From: Marsupella aquatica
Taxonomy: Eukaryota; Plantae; Marchantiophyta
Assembly (NCBI GenBank): GCA_973895155.1
Contig: OZ316897.1
Span: 11,183,832 to 11,247,831 of the forward strand
Reading direction: 5' to 3'
Length of the DNA stretch: 64,000 nucleotides
This document shows positions 11,443 through 25,079 of the stretch, in pieces; the stretch's first letter is position 1; every line of letters starts with the position of its first letter. The notes under the pieces were generated by a model. The model was not told the origin of the DNA, did no database searches, and was given only the letters and a program-made list of their open reading frames with translations. The position numbers and the translations under genes are program-made.

Positions 11443-14400
11443 ATGGGGATCATAGAAAAGATCAAGGAGATAGAGTTCGAGATGGCTCGGACTCAGAAAA
11501 ACAAGGCCACAGGTTAGTGTGCTACACGTATTGTCGTCCATTTCTTCCGACTGCCATATCAACACGAGAATAGTCTCGGTTGCATCCAGAGGTGTTCCAC
11601 TCCTTTAAGCTAAAGACAATAAGGGTAACAATCCTCCAATGCGCCATCCTGTGATTATTCAATCTTCTCATGAAAGTGTGCCCTGTTGAACAGAGTACCA
11701 TCTGGGCCAGCTCAAAGCTAAGATTGCAAAGCTTCGGACTCAACTTCTCGAACCTCCAAAGGTACTCATCTGTTAAACTGCGATGTCAACTGTTACTTGC
11801 TAGACTCTCCAGGCAATTCGAATTCTTATGTAGTGGAAGGGACCAGGTCGATTGCGCTGCGAGTGCTCATCTGGCAATAACATGATCATCTTGTACTTGT
11901 GCCAGGGTGCCAGTGCTGCAGGTGATGGGTTTGAAGTCACTAAGTTTGGGCATGGGCGTGTTGCTTTGATTGGATTCCCCAGGTATTTTTCTCTGGATTT
12001 TTGGATACTTTTCTCCTAAGCTGTGCAGTATGTAGAAGGATGTGTGACCTTTCAATCGAATGGATGACTATTTTTTTACTAAGTATCAATCAGATTCGTC
12101 AGCTTTGATCAAATGTATACTTCCTCTGTGCTTTTGTAAAGGTACTTTTTGAGCTCAGATATGATTGGCTTTCACAATCTGTGCGCCGTCTGCTTTTCTG
12201 TAGTAACAAGTGATTGGGTTCGTGCTTATGTGCCATTTGCAGTGTGGGAAAGTCAACTCTATTGACTATGCTCACAGGGACGCACTCAGAAGCAGCGTCA
12301 TATGAGTTTACTACTCTTACATGCATTCCGGGTATTATCCACTATAATGATGCTAAGATTCAGCTCCTCGATCTTCCTGGTATCATTGAGGGGGCATCTG
12401 AAGGAAAGGGCCGTGGTCGACAGGTACATGCAGCAGCCAGTTTTGGAAATTTTACAATTGGACCATCCATGTGTTGGTGCTCTTTATACTATACGATCAA
12501 TTTCTGCTGTGTTCCGCTCAGACAATCTTTAGATTCTGGTCTGGAATTTGTAGTATGGTGAGTGTGCAGGTTATTGCTGTGGCCAAGTCGTCCGACCTTG
12601 TATTGATGGTTCTTGATGCTTCAAAGGTACGTTGATTGAGGAATCTTTGCATTTGCTTGCCTTGCTATTTTCCCGGCATCGTGCATATGAGAGTTGTCAT
12701 CCTTCTAGTGACCTTACGAAAAAGGAAGTAGTTTCTCAAACTTGTGGGAGTTTCAGCTACTGTTGCTGACAACCTCTTGAAGGCAACTGTTCGGTTGTTT
12801 AATAGTTTTCCTCAATTTCAGAGTGAAGGCCACAGACAAATTCTAACAGCAGAGCTAGAGGCAGTTGGATTGCGACTTAACAAGAGACCACCACAGGTAT
12901 GTTAGCTAGAGACCATTACTGTGTCTTGCAGTTAGGCTAGTGCTCTACATTGGGTTTAGGCAAGATATAGCTCTTGAAATCTACATTATGGCCTCGTTGC
13001 TAGCGTTATTAAACGTCTTCATCACAGATACTGACATTGTAATTCAAAAATTCCGGCTGAAATGGCCTTCGTGAATGAGTGGTTTACTTGACCAGCACAA
13101 GTCTTTGTGTGTAGATATACTTTAAAAGGAAGAAGACGGGTGGAATTTCTTTCAACAGCACTGCGCAGTTGTCGCACGTGGATGAGAAGCTTTGTTATCA
13201 AATTTTACACGAGTATAAGATTCACAATGCTGAGGTGCTCTTCATTTCAATTCTGTTCATAATTTTTCTCTTATTTGCAATGCTCAGGTCATTATGAGTG
13301 CCCCTTTTGTAAAAACGTTTTTCTTTATTTGTCAAACAGCACGTGCGGACACTCCTCGTGGGACACTTCCAACGTTGATTCCCTGCCTTTATCTCGCTGT
13401 CTGATAATATTGTGCAGATATTGTTCAGAGAAGATGCTACAGTGGATGACCTGATTGATGTTATCGAGGGCAACCGGAAGTATATCAAGTGTGTGTATGT
13501 GTACAATAAGATTGATGTGGTTGGTATTGACGACGTTGACAGATTAGCTCGCCAACCAAACTCTATTGTCATCAGCTGTAATCTTAAGGTAACTGTGAGA
13601 CATTTATATTTGAGTAGTGAGGTGCCTCTTTTGCCGTTACGGGTAGGGAGGCAATGGATTGTTTAGTATCGGAGAGAGAGATGGACATAAACAACAATCT
13701 GAGGTGGATGTTGGTTTGCGCGAACATCTGCTTAATGCGAAATGTTGTGCTTTTTAGGAAGAAGGGACAGCATGCGATTGCTTTTGGGAAGCTCACTTTT
13801 AGATATATGGATAAACTAAACCTGATTTTGGAATGTCACAGTTGAATTTGGATAGACTACTTGCAAAAATGTGGGATGAGATGGGCCTTGTTCGGGTCTA
13901 CACAAAGCCTCAAGGGCAGCAGCCAGATTTCTCCGAACCTGTTGTCTTATCCACGGTCAGTATTCCAAACCAATCTTTACGCGAGGAAGGACTTTGAAGC
14001 TGTTTACGGAGTCCAACGGGGCTTGTCATATTTTTAAAATATTCTTATACCTCAACTTAGCTTTTCATACTCATACATGATGGGTCTCGAAATTTTTCAG
14101 GATAGAGGTGGCTGTTCTGTAGAAGATTTCTGCAATCATATACATCGCAGTCTCTTGAAGGATATCAAGTACGTACTTGTTTGGGGAGCCAGCGCAAAGC
14201 ATTATCCACAACGATGTGGCACCCAACAAGTGCTTGCTGATGAAGATGTTGTTCAGATCGTGAAGAAAAAGGTGTGTGCGGCTTTTGAATAAATTGTGGA
14301 GATGCAACCAGATAGTTGTAATTGTGTCCTTCATTCACATGCAGGGCAAATTCCGATTCATGTGATGTGCAAGGTTGACGACATGTGCGCTATGACCAAA

Positions 14401-14532
14401 ATTGAACACTGGCGGCTTGATGTCTTTTTTCAGGAAAAAGAAGAAGATGGTGGGAGGGGCCGATTCAAATCACATACTAATGCTCCAGATAGGATTTCAG
14501 ATAGAGTAAAGAAGGCACCTCTAAAGACATAA
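11443..14532 (+). CDS. DRG: Developmentally regulated GTP-binding protein (DRG2-type OBG-family GTPase), 11 coding exons, 400 aa
   Basis: Exons 11443-11512, 11694-11761, 11906-11982, 12243-12423, 12570-12626, 12822-12896, 13115-13234, 13418-13588, 13842-13955, 14101-14271 and 14434-14532 are all GT-AG and in phase (1203 nt). Motifs: [41 protein letters not shown] (G1), YEFTTL (G2), DLPG (G3), NKID (G4) and a TGS domain. Confidence 0.96.
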
Positions 14533-16769
14533 AGCTTCTTGGGGCAACTGGTAATTTGTCAGGTATGTACCATGGCTTCTCGAAATGTAGTTGTTTATAG
14601 CAAGTTTAAGGCCGCAGGAATGAGTGAGTTTTGCTTACTCGACAAGTCCTTGTTACTGTCTTTATGTTTTCTTACTACAAAATGTTGGTGAATATGTAAT
14701 TGATATGCGCAGGGAAGGAGAGATATAAGGAGAATTGAGGATACTAGGAAGGAAGACTTTAGGACGAGCATGAGCAGGTAGAAGATCAGTAAGGAGATGC
14801 TGGCTTGCTACATCTGTGATCAACAAGGTTCTCTGTCAGTACTCTTGATCTTCTTTCAATGCCATTGACGAGTAAGAGCCAAGATGAGAATGTTGTGAGG
14901 TCTCAAAACCCAGCAAGAATTAAGGTGTGACAGTTGCCCTTTGGAAGATCTATGTGTCATTTCCCACTTGAAGAGGGAATTTTGCGATTGCTTTTTTCGC
15001 CTTGTTTGGTGACAAGATTTTCCACGACGAAAATGGTGAATTTCAAGCTTACCTTTAGATGTGGTAAGCTGACCGTAACCACTCCCCATCTCGTTGTCAG
15101 ACCAATAATCTGGTACTACCCCGTTCAGGTTCGTTATTTTCTTTGTCCTTATTGCAAAGCATTTGGTCAGCCGCAGTTTACCAAATTGTTCAATTGGTGG
15201 GAATGCACTTAGTCTTGTTTTCAGGCAGCATGTTATTCCGAGGGAGGGACTAAATCTCAAATCTCACAATCTAGTCTCCAGTATTGTTCCTGAGGTGTGT
15301 CTGCTCTTAGTCTACAGAAGTTCCATTCTTACTGTAGGCGGGGGGAGTACGGACTAGATTCAAATGCGCTTACTTGGTCCTATAGCTCGATCACTGGAAA
15401 GTTTATACCAGTTGGACTGGTAGTTTCAATAGGTAGAACCTGGACCTGAGAGTTTCAGCAGGTAGAAGTTGGCCAGAGCAACACAACTTAGCAGCAGAAG
15501 TTTTTCCCCTATATTTGATATGTACTCTAGTTAAATTATGTCAAGCTCAAACAGTGTTATTTGAACACCGTAGCCTTCAACATTAAACTATTGAATATGG
15601 GAAAGTGATTAGGGGACTAGATCTTCAGATCTGAGAGAAAGGACCTTATTATAGGTGGGGATGCTCTCGGACCCGGAGACTTGCATACAACTAACTAGGA
15701 GCTAAATCTAGCTGGTGTTATAAAAGTAGCCCTCTAGCGACACAGGAATAGCTGCACTCTTTCCATAATAGTAAATGCCAAAGTAAATGCTTACCGCTTC
15801 TGTATGCTGTTCAACTTAATGGAATTTTGTTGGATGTTCAGGCTAAAGGCCAACATGTAGGAATCGAAAGGGTAAACCACATATCAAAATATCAGATCGT
15901 TGCATTTTTACTCACACCGTGAAGTCTCACTCTTTCTGCAGTGAGCACACTAGCTTCATAACTTGAGAGACTAGTCGTCTGCAAGTGCAGATACATGGGG
16001 GATCTGGTGGGTCTGAGTTGCCCACCAAACACAGAACAAGACAAGGCGCAGTTTATGCATCTCGAGCACAGTTCTAAGCACGTCCCCACCTGTTTTCATT
16101 TCCAATGAGTTACTATCAACTTGTCTACCACATTTTTCTTGTGTGTTGTCTGTTTCACTTTTTTCAGAGCACCTATGGCCAAGTATCAAACATGTCGTTT
16201 AGTGCCCACAATACAGTGACACCCTATTGAAGTCCGTTCCAGCACAACAGTGGCTCTCTTAGCGGTCTGAAACGTCCCCAAGTGCTATGGGGAATGGCAT
16301 GCAAATAGAACTGGAAAGCACTAGCCCTGAAGGCCACAATGATGCCATTGCACATTTCATTTTTCAGTTAGATGAGTGGGGCACTCAACAAGCTTTTATT
16401 CCTTTTTAGAAATCAAAGAAAGTTTCACCCTTTATTCCTATCCACAAGCTTTATAGGTCGACAAGATATTCCAAACAGGCCTAGGAAAGGCAAGCCCTAG
16501 TCATCGTCAAGCACTTGAGGTTCAAAGCCTTCTTTTGTCAGTGGGTGTGGGGGAAGGTTGGTGGGTGTGTGGCTTGGGGAAAGTTCCATACAAACTTCAG
16601 GCTGGAAGACTCCTTTTCTCAGTGGGTGTGAGCAGGGTTGGTGTGTGTGTGTGTGTGTGTATGTGGGTTGGGGCAAGTGCCATACAAATCTCTTGAGTAT
16701 AAAGCATTCCGTAAGCAACACTCCCTATCATTACAAACCAATCCGCGCAACTCTATATGTCAAACAGCT

Positions 16770-17810
16770 AAAGAACAAAAGGCAGCAAACCGGGAGAAAA
16801 GATCCCAAGACAGAAGACCCAGTAAAGGGAGCAAAGAGAACGAAAAGCACTGAAAGGCACCAAACTGGGAGAAATGACCCCCAAAGAGAGAAGACCCAGT
16901 AAAGGAAGCAAAGAGAACGAGGGAGGCGTGATCCCAAAGACAGGAGACCCACTAAAGGGGAGCAAACAAGGGAAAACCCCTGGAAGACCAAAGAGCCCAA
17001 ACCCCTGTCAGCTCCCACTACGGCAAAGGAATTTAAGACCTTGCAAATCTGTCCTATTGAGCAGTAAAGTGGAAGACCTTGCAAAGCTCCGGAGTAAACC
17101 GGATTGGAGGGGCGTGGAGAGAAATATGTCTACAGGTCATGAAACCAACAGCCTAGGCCCTCTGAAGAACAGTGAATGTCTGAGCCCTTTGCAATGCAAT
17201 ACGCCTGCTGTCTAGAAAAGGTACTGAGAACAAAAAGGAATTTAAGTCCTATTGAGCAATAAAGTGGAAGATGCAAAGCTGTCCTATTGAGCAATAAAGT
17301 GGAAGACGTTGCAAAGCTCCGGAGTAAACCGGATTGGAGGGGCGTGGAGAGAAATATGTCTACAGGTCATAAAACCAACAGTCTAGGCCCTCTGAAGAAC
17401 AGTGAATGTCTGAGCCCTTTGCAATGCAATACACCTGCTATCTAGAAAAGGTACTGAGAACAAAAACTGGGGGATAAGCTCTTGCTCTACACAAAAGATC
17501 GCACATGCTTGTAATAAACAGTCAAAGATAGGGCGCAACTAAAATTTTCATTGATTGGTTTTCAGCGAGAAGGGAGGGGAGATCCCATGCAACACATTAT
17601 GCACTATTGAAAGTCAAAATCCAGGCCTTTTGAGAGTGTGATATACAACTAGAGAAGGCTCCACCTGCAGTTGAGATTCCCAACAATCCAGATCTGCTTT
17701 CACACTTTAGCTCACAATGAACCAACCAGTATCATTACTTTAGTAACACAGTAACCTGATTGAGGGTACCTGGGTCCGCTATTGGGCATGGGAGTGTCAG
17801 GCCCTCACTA
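16770..17810 (-). mobile_element. Degenerate 3' fragment of a CRE/RLE-type non-LTR retrotransposon with internal duplication
   Basis: The minus strand reads RAYPPVFVLSTFSR*..IALQRAQTFTVLQRA. This matches the C-terminus of the relic at 30.8-31 kb and the typical RLE-element end (SVALQRAQA). A ~190-bp block is duplicated (17050-17240 / 17280-17465), and repeated 3'UTR-like units lie at 16790-16990. Confidence 0.6.
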
Positions 17811-18959
17811 TCCTCTTGAGTAATAAGGAGTGTAGTATAAAGTTCGCTTCTTGTGTTGTACCAAACATGTTGAAGCATATCTAATATACTTCTTTAGGTG
17901 ATAATTTTTCATCATGGAGAAGTTATTTGAACTTGTAACTCAACTTGAAAGTTCCATTTGTAATTAGGATGACCTTACCCTGTGAAATGATCCAATGTGG
18001 GGCACACAGGAGTTCTGCTAGGAGAGAACCATCTAGGCAGCCCGGCAATACAGGGTTTAAAAATAAACAAATAATTAATTTTTGGGGAAAGGTTGGGTTT
18101 CTTCTTGTGCAACTTTTCCAAAGTCCCTGAAAGAAATCTATCCATAACATCTTTGACCAGGCATGAGTGATGCCTGATTGTTCTTTAACGTTGCATCAAA
18201 AGGAAGATTGGAGCATAAATATTTTTTGGAAATGAAACTCTTAGAGTTGTTTTTCTGATGAAATAGGCTCTATAAACTTTTCCAAAAGCAGGTACCAGAC
18301 ATGCACCACTCTGGAGTTTTACAAACAGGTCTATTGCACCTCCCTCGCTGTCATAAGTTCTTATAAATAAAACAAGCTGCTTCACAACTCAAGCTGTTTG
18401 TTGCTAGTGCTATGCTTGCATGGGGACTGAAGTTGATATTTGTTATCTTTTGTTTAAATATTTATTGTGGAAAAAGAAGCCTAGGCGGACCGCAATCTTC
18501 ACATAATTCTTGGATGGACTTTTTCAATCAGATAGGCTGCATTCAAAGATTCACACATGATAGAATAGCACATTTTACACCAAAATGCAAAACTGACCTG
18601 TAAACCAAAATATGACCAGTGCCTAAAATACCTGTAAACCAAAATATTAATAATTTTGGGTGAGATCTGTCAGTTTCCTGGGGCATCCCCAGTTGTGCAG
18701 TGTTCTTTGTAGATGGCAAATCCACCTGACCTGCTCAGAGCTCTCATATTCTTTGGTGATGACTCAATTTTTGGTTACTTTTGCTCCTTTGTTTTTCACT
18801 CTTGAAATTAGGAACAACAGCCTTTAACTTATTTATTTAGAGATTCTATTTTCACAATTTCCAATCACCCCCTTATTTTTAGATCTAATTTCATTTACCT
18901 ATTTTGGTAGTGGGATCATTTTTCAGAATGCTATATTTGTTAAGTCTTCAAACCTTGTA

Positions 18960-19023
18960 TCTGGCAAGGGTCGAACCCAGGACCTCCTGTTCCCACACCA
19001 GAGTGCCAACTGGTGGACTGGAC
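18960..19023 (-). mobile_element. tRNA-derived SINE head remnant
   Basis: The minus strand reads ...ggaggtcctgggttcgacccttgccag (B-box/T-arm-like). No complete cloverleaf is present. Confidence 0.4.
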
Positions 19024-20781
19024 TTAAAGTCTACCTATCAATGCATACTTTCTCATTATGAGCAGAAGTTTTAACTTTGTACCCCTTGGTTCCAACTACG
19101 AGAACAATAAAAAATGTAATCTTCCTCGATCATAGCAAAGGCAGGCTTTGGAGGAAAGACAATCCCTGTTCTTGGTCGAATTTTTGTTGCGAACTGGCCT
19201 TCTTTATGGAGAAACAAACCTTGATAGCTAAAATCTGTGTCTCAATCCCAATTTGAGCTTCAAACATTGATTTTTAGTTATTGGATAAAGCCTACATTAT
19301 TCTTTACTAGACGATAGAAAATATCTCAAAAGTCATGTTGGAAACGGAAAAGCAACCGTATAGGAGAAATAACGGACAAATGTTATTTTCCCAAATTTTG
19401 CGAATCACAAGTCTCCATGACTTGGTCCACCAACCAATCGCCTTGCCTCTCAACTTAATCTAGTGGAGTCAAACCAACCCATACACGAAATGGACGTCAA
19501 ATCTAAAATTAAATTAGTTTTGGGGGGGCATACCAGTCCCTTTAGGATAGTAAAAAAATGGTAAATGGCAGGCGTAAGGAGTGGGACCCAAAGTGGTGCC
19601 CAAATGAGTGGTTATAAATGTTTTTTCCTTCCCCTCAGGGAAGTGCTAAATTTCACGAAACTCGTCTGAGAACTTCCTCAGATAAGGTCGTAGTACCCTA
19701 CCAAGAAGAGTAGAGTATACCGTAATTTATGATATTTCGCCACTTTGCGTACAGTACGGTGGATTGACCGAGTTATGGATTTGACCATAGTGGAGGAGCA
19801 CTAAATTAAACGTATCCTCTGTTCTCCATCATTCTACGGAAGCAGAGCCTCTGCTTCTCGACATTTCCTCGTGCTCGTGTTTTTTTTCTCTGCGTTGCTT
19901 TGCGATGCGTTCTGTTTCGATGCCTGTCGTTGAGGTTTGTTCCCTCGCGTCGAGCTCAGTCGAGGAGAGCCGCGTCGAGTGAGTCGATGTGATTGATGTT
20001 GGGATGCGAGCGCAGGAAAGAAAGAGGACCCTGAGCAGACGCGAGAACTGTATCTCGCTTTTGACGCAAAGTGGAGGCTTCGTCATCGTCGAATTAGTGT
20101 CGAATCGAAGCTACACGAGAAGAAGAATGAAATCACTGAATCGCAATTAGTCGAATTATCAGAGGGACCCAAGTTGTAGCGTTGCGTGTGCTGCTGCTGC
20201 TGCTGGCCCTGCTGCTGAAGACTCGGTTGGCGACGCTCTCGTTGGCGTTGAAGCATTGCACGGTTGAAGGAAGGGAGGGAGGGAGGAGGAAGGAAGGAAG
20301 GAAGCGGGAGAGATGAAGAGACCGGAATTATGAGGAGCATGATTTTGCTGCGCTGCGAGGTTTTGAGATAAGGATTGGGATGGTGAGCGGGAATAATTGA
20401 CGGTCTTTCTTTGGTCGTGTGCCCTGACTTGTTTTCTCGTTCTTGGATTTGTACTTGGTTGGCCCTTGCTTAGTGAAGTGGTTTGGTTTTGGGGTTTCGA
20501 TTGACGGAAGTGTGAAATCGGAGGCGGGGAGAGAGGAAGAGGAGCAGGGTTTGGAAGAGGCAGTATACGAGAGGGACGGTGGATATTTTATGGCTATGGA
20601 GAAGCTGGAGGAGGACCAAGCTCGAGCTTGGAATTAGGGTTTAGGGGTGGGCAGGCAGGCGTTGGACAAGTCAACAGGGGCTCGAGGACGGTCATCTCCG
20701 AGTGTGCGTGTGCGTTTGTGTGTGGCAACGCGCCTTCGTCTTTGTTCTTCGACGGCAGGGGCGGCTCGCGCATAGGAACAC

Positions 20782-23156
20782 ATGGGTACGGAGTCAGGGT
20801 GCGGCGTCCCGTCTCGCGGCGTGTTTTGTTTGGGGTGTTTGGCCGTCGTGTGCAGCGCCAATGCTGTGGCAGCAGGATCGTTGTCAACCGGCGGGGATTC
20901 AACCGCTAATGTTTTTTTCCCCTACCTCCTTCACGAGTACCTGCCGACGTATCATATGTTTGCCTTTCTCGCAACTGTTCTATGCTGCGCGGGAGCGGTT
21001 TGGGGCGTGAGCGCGATGCGCGTCGGCAGGTTGAATGGGAGTCGATCAAGTAGTGTCTACCGGACGTGGTCGAGGAAGAAGCTGGATGTCGCATCGAAGC
21101 TTTCATCAGCAGCCTCAGGTGGCATCATGAATTCCTCCCATCCCCTGTTTTCGTCTGCAATTACGAATGGATTAGGGGGCCAACAGCACTCCGAGAAATA
21201 TTCTTCGATGGTGGAAGACCTCGTGCCCGAGATAACGCAGCACGCGTTGAGCTACTTGGACTACAAAAGCCTATGCCAGGTATCGAAGACGAACTCTGCT
21301 ATGAGAAGAGTTGCCGACGATGACAGTGCTTGGCGGGCTTTGTATCGGAAGGTTTGTGCCCCGCTCCACTTACGTCAATTTCCGTCGACGGTCCTTAAGT
21401 AACGTCCAACAAATTTCCTCTCCCGACTGACCTTGCACTTCAAATTTGAGGTGAATTTCGACGTCACCGTTTCTCCTGCACTTGGATTAGCTGTCGATTG
21501 CCCCATTCAACCGAATCCACTTCCAAGGCAATTTTCTCCAATGTCAATTCCTTTCTAGTAAGCCTTGACATGTGAGCAAGACGACCGAAATGATTTACTT
21601 GCCTTTCATTACGACTCTAATTTTAGGTCCTCTTCACGGTGTTCAGCTTGTCGAGTAATGAGGCTTACTTCAATTTGAAACCTTCTCCCAATCTTGACAT
21701 TGCGTTAGCGGTATTTACCCGCAACGCAGAGGTTTAATTGGCTTGCTTCAGTACTTGCAAATATGCGTTCGTAAGTTTCGTTAGGTCACGTAGTGTTGTG
21801 AGTTCCTACACCGTAAGCTGTATCCAGTCCAGAATTTTCTGTATCAGGCAAACATAAGGTCTACCTAAGATGTAGCATGGAGCAAACTGATTTTACCAAT
21901 CCAGACGAATTTCCGTCAGTCCAGTCCAATTTCTGCCAATCCACAATAATTTCATAGACCAAATGTCCGTAGACTTTTACTTGGTGCGTGATGTGATATC
22001 ATCTTATGATCAAAACTGTTCATTTCTGAATAGTCCCTCGGTGTCCCACCGATGGTACTCAAATTGCATCGTCTGCTGTAAATATTCCGAGGATGTGCTG
22101 TATAAAGCGCTGTTGTTGAGAAGGAAATCCCTTAGGTTGGACGTACTAGCCTGGTGCGTCAATGAGATACCTGTTGTTGAAGGTGTTCTGTATGAGATTG
22201 ACGGCATCAAATATTCACCTTGGAAATACACCAATGTTGGGTTTTCCACCCCATAGGTGTGCCAGACAATGAATCCATATGCACTTCTGTGTGTTTTCAA
22301 CACAGAAATCTGACAAGAAAATGCAACAACAACATTTGATGCGCGGACGGTCGGATAGGAACCTACTGGACGAGTAATAGATGAGATGTTTATGCGAGCT
22401 GATTAATCCAGGACCTCGTGTGTTAAAGTTTTCATCGGATGAAATGACTGACACATGTGCACCTTGGAAATGGCAGGATTTTTCCTCCGAGCAGGACTCG
22501 TTCGTACCGAGGAATGGATGGAAGGCCCACTATGCAGTGACTAAAGCTGTTTCCAGGGCCAACAAGAATTTCTACCAGAAATTTAAAACCAAGTCGTTGA
22601 GAGGGATGATGACTTTGTGGTTGAAAGCTGACTATGTAAAATGCGTTCACCCAGGCGGCGAGCTGTTAACAGGGTAAGTGGTCTGTTCAAATTCCGATTT
22701 TAGAGATCGTAAGGTTTCATTGTGCCCTGAGTGCCATGGATTTCTTGGAGCCATAAAAGGTGGTATTTACTCTAATGAAATCTGTGCGTGCAAAGCAGCG
22801 AACCTGAATGGGTCTTCATTTACAACTGAATGCAGGATGAAATCCGTTGTTAGTCGAGAGAGAACCTGATATCTGATTGGAATGTGTCCCGACTCTCCAG
22901 ATATGACCTGATCATGGAGAATTGGCGGATAGTTTTCAACTGGAGTCAATGCTATGACTTCGAGCTGGAAGAGGTTCGAATTAGAGTATTAGGTGACGTA
23001 GCGTGGGTCACTGCAAAGGAGTTCGTCAATTCATCAAGACATCCCCTCCTGGTAACAAATTGTTACGAGTTCCATGATGACAATTGGTATATTGTTCACC
23101 ATCATAGCTCACTGCAAATGGAAGGTGGAGTTCCTGATTATGGCCTGTTTGTATGA
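20782..23156 (+). CDS. SKIP8: F-box protein with SnoaL/NTF2-like C-terminal domain (SKIP8-like), 3 exons
   Basis: Exons 20782-21351, 22477-22673 and 22901-23156 are in phase (1023 nt). Motifs: F-box SMVEDLVPEITQHALSYLDYKSLCQVS...DDDSAWRALYRKDF, GWKAHYA, LWLKADYVKCVHPGGE and WYIVHHHSS. The start codon is uncertain because downstream ATGs exist. Confidence 0.92.
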
Positions 23157-23938
23157 TAATATTACCTTGGTAACTGTCTCCCTAGTCATGTAAAGGGTGA
23201 TTATGGTACTACCAAGTTGGCCTCTGAAAGATCTCCGATCTCCGATAGCGAAAGAAGTGGGAGTGGCCATACCTTGATTGTCAATGCAAATGGTTTTACT
23301 CTGTCGATTCTGTATATTCCTGTCTGTCTTGAGACTGTCTTTTTAATTTTTGCAAAGGCGTAGCCAACTAGTGGGACTAAGACGGTCATCTTTTCACGGA
23401 GCTCCTTCATGGCTTAGGCGACTGTCACCAGCAGAGGCTTTTATACAAGCTTCATCAAAGATCGATTTTACCATGTCACTTTTGAATAATTGGGTCTTCA
23501 GACAAGCAGATTATGACTGATCTTTGTACGATAGTTCCGTCTGTGGATTTGAACTGGGCCGACTGTATGGCATTGCTAAGTCTCAACCTTGCAGCACTTT
23601 CATCATCTGGGAAAAAGGCTTTGCGTCTGAGAACAGTTCGATCAAATGTTTAGTTCTGTGTAAAACTACTTAGATCGAAAAATGCAGTCGAAGATTTGCA
23701 GTTGCTATTGTCGGCTGTTCTAGTGATGTCTCATGACAAATTATTTTGGAACACATTCTTGCTCTAGAGAGAGAAGGGCTCCCTGTAAATTTCTGACTTA
23801 GAGGCACCCAACCAGAACTACTGTAGAAAGTCCCCCCCCCCCCTTTTCTTTCCCTGGGACCAGTTGCTTGAGTGAAGTCGTGGGCAGAGTGGAGTTCAGT
23901 GACAAATCACACAAATACTCTTGTGACCAGCGTTCTTT

Positions 23939-24097
23939 TTTAGTGGCGAAAATTCACAATATTCTACCTCTCTCAAAGTCTTCGCCACTTTTCTTTTGGC
24001 TAAAAAATCAGCTACCCTATTTAGTGGCGAAAATTCACAATATTCTGCCTCTCGCAAAGTCTTCGCCACTCTTTTCTTTTCGCTAAAAAATCAGCTA
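23939..24097. repeat. Tandem duplication (~81 bp x2)
   Basis: tttagtggcgaaaattcacaatattct...ctaaaaaatcagctac occurs twice. Each unit has an internal agtggcgaa/ttcgccact inverted repeat. Confidence 0.85.
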
Positions 24098-24110
24098 CAG
24101 TAGGTTTTCT

Positions 24111-24436
24111 TTTTTGTCTTGAATGGAAATGGGGAGTAAATACAATTAGACTCCCCCATCCCAATGTGACAGTTTTTCTGTAGGGAACCCAGACCAGGGT
24201 GAGCCCCAACTGATCCGACAGGGACCCGCACCAAGAAGGAGAGAGGATTAAATCAGGGCCACAAAGTGGACGACCAGGAGCCGATCAGATAATCATAAGT
24301 CCAATCCACTACCCACAAAACCCATCCCACCCACACACATATACCCTCCACACCCCAGTGTGTGGAGGGGGGATTGAACCCGGGAACCGGGATTGGCCAG
24401 GCAAATCCCCTAGCCAATTGACCTAAGCCAATTGGT
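24111..24436 (-). mobile_element. tRNA-derived SINE (~325 bp) with 15-bp target-site duplication
   Basis: The flanking direct repeat tacagtaggttttct occurs at 24096-24110 and 24437-24451. The minus strand has an A-box-like tggcttaggtcaattgg, B-box ggttcaatccc, a GT-rich body, a 3' hairpin (24125-24162) and a short A-rich tail. Confidence 0.85.
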
Positions 24437-24450
24437 TACAGTAGGTTTTC

Positions 24451-24666
24451 TGGCATCAATTAGCGAGTCACGCTTGTAGACTTAGACCCAATCATGCTTA
24501 AACATAGGGAGATGTCAGGGTCTGGCATCAATTAGCGAGTCACGCTTGTAGACTTAGACCCAATCATGCTTAAACATAGGGAGATGTCAGGGTCTGGCAT
24601 CAATTAGCGAGTCACACTTGTAGACTTAGACCCAATCATGCTTAAACATAGGGAGATGTTAGGGTC
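24451..24666. repeat. 72-bp minisatellite x3
   Basis: tggcatcaattagcgagtcac...gatgtcagggtc starts at 24451, 24523 and 24595. Only two substitutions are present, both in the third copy. Confidence 0.95.
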
Positions 24667-25079
24667 ACAAAGTAATCTCTGACAACTAATAAGGAAACTT
24701 CCTGGCATTTTCTCTCCTTATGAAGGAAAACTTCCTAGTAGCTTCTTCTTTACCAAAGGAGACATTAACTACACTCTTGAAAAAGAAAAAACCTTCAAAA
24801 TTGACCGTGCTCCTGATGAATTTTCAACTCCATGTGCGAGGAAAAACCTTGAAATATATATTGCTAGTGACCCTTCTTTTGCTGAGTTTCCAACTGAGCC
24901 TGTTGAAAACACGACTTGGGTTGCAATTTATGGTTGATCTTAGCCATTGGTAGAGGGCTATGGGTTTGATATGGTCCCCTGTACTTATATTCTACCCAGG
25001 TGCTAAGAAAATGCAAACACGATAATATGCAATCATTCTTGTTCTTCTCGTTGTCTCTTTACCAATCCTCATTCTGGCA

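Noticed and set aside
24360-24436. Functional tRNA gene
   Set aside because: It has A/B boxes but no clean cloverleaf or acceptor stem, and it is the head of a TSD-flanked SINE.
24451-24666. CRISPR-like or RNA-gene array
   Set aside because: This is a simple head-to-tail 72-bp repeat without spacers or a recognisable RNA structure.
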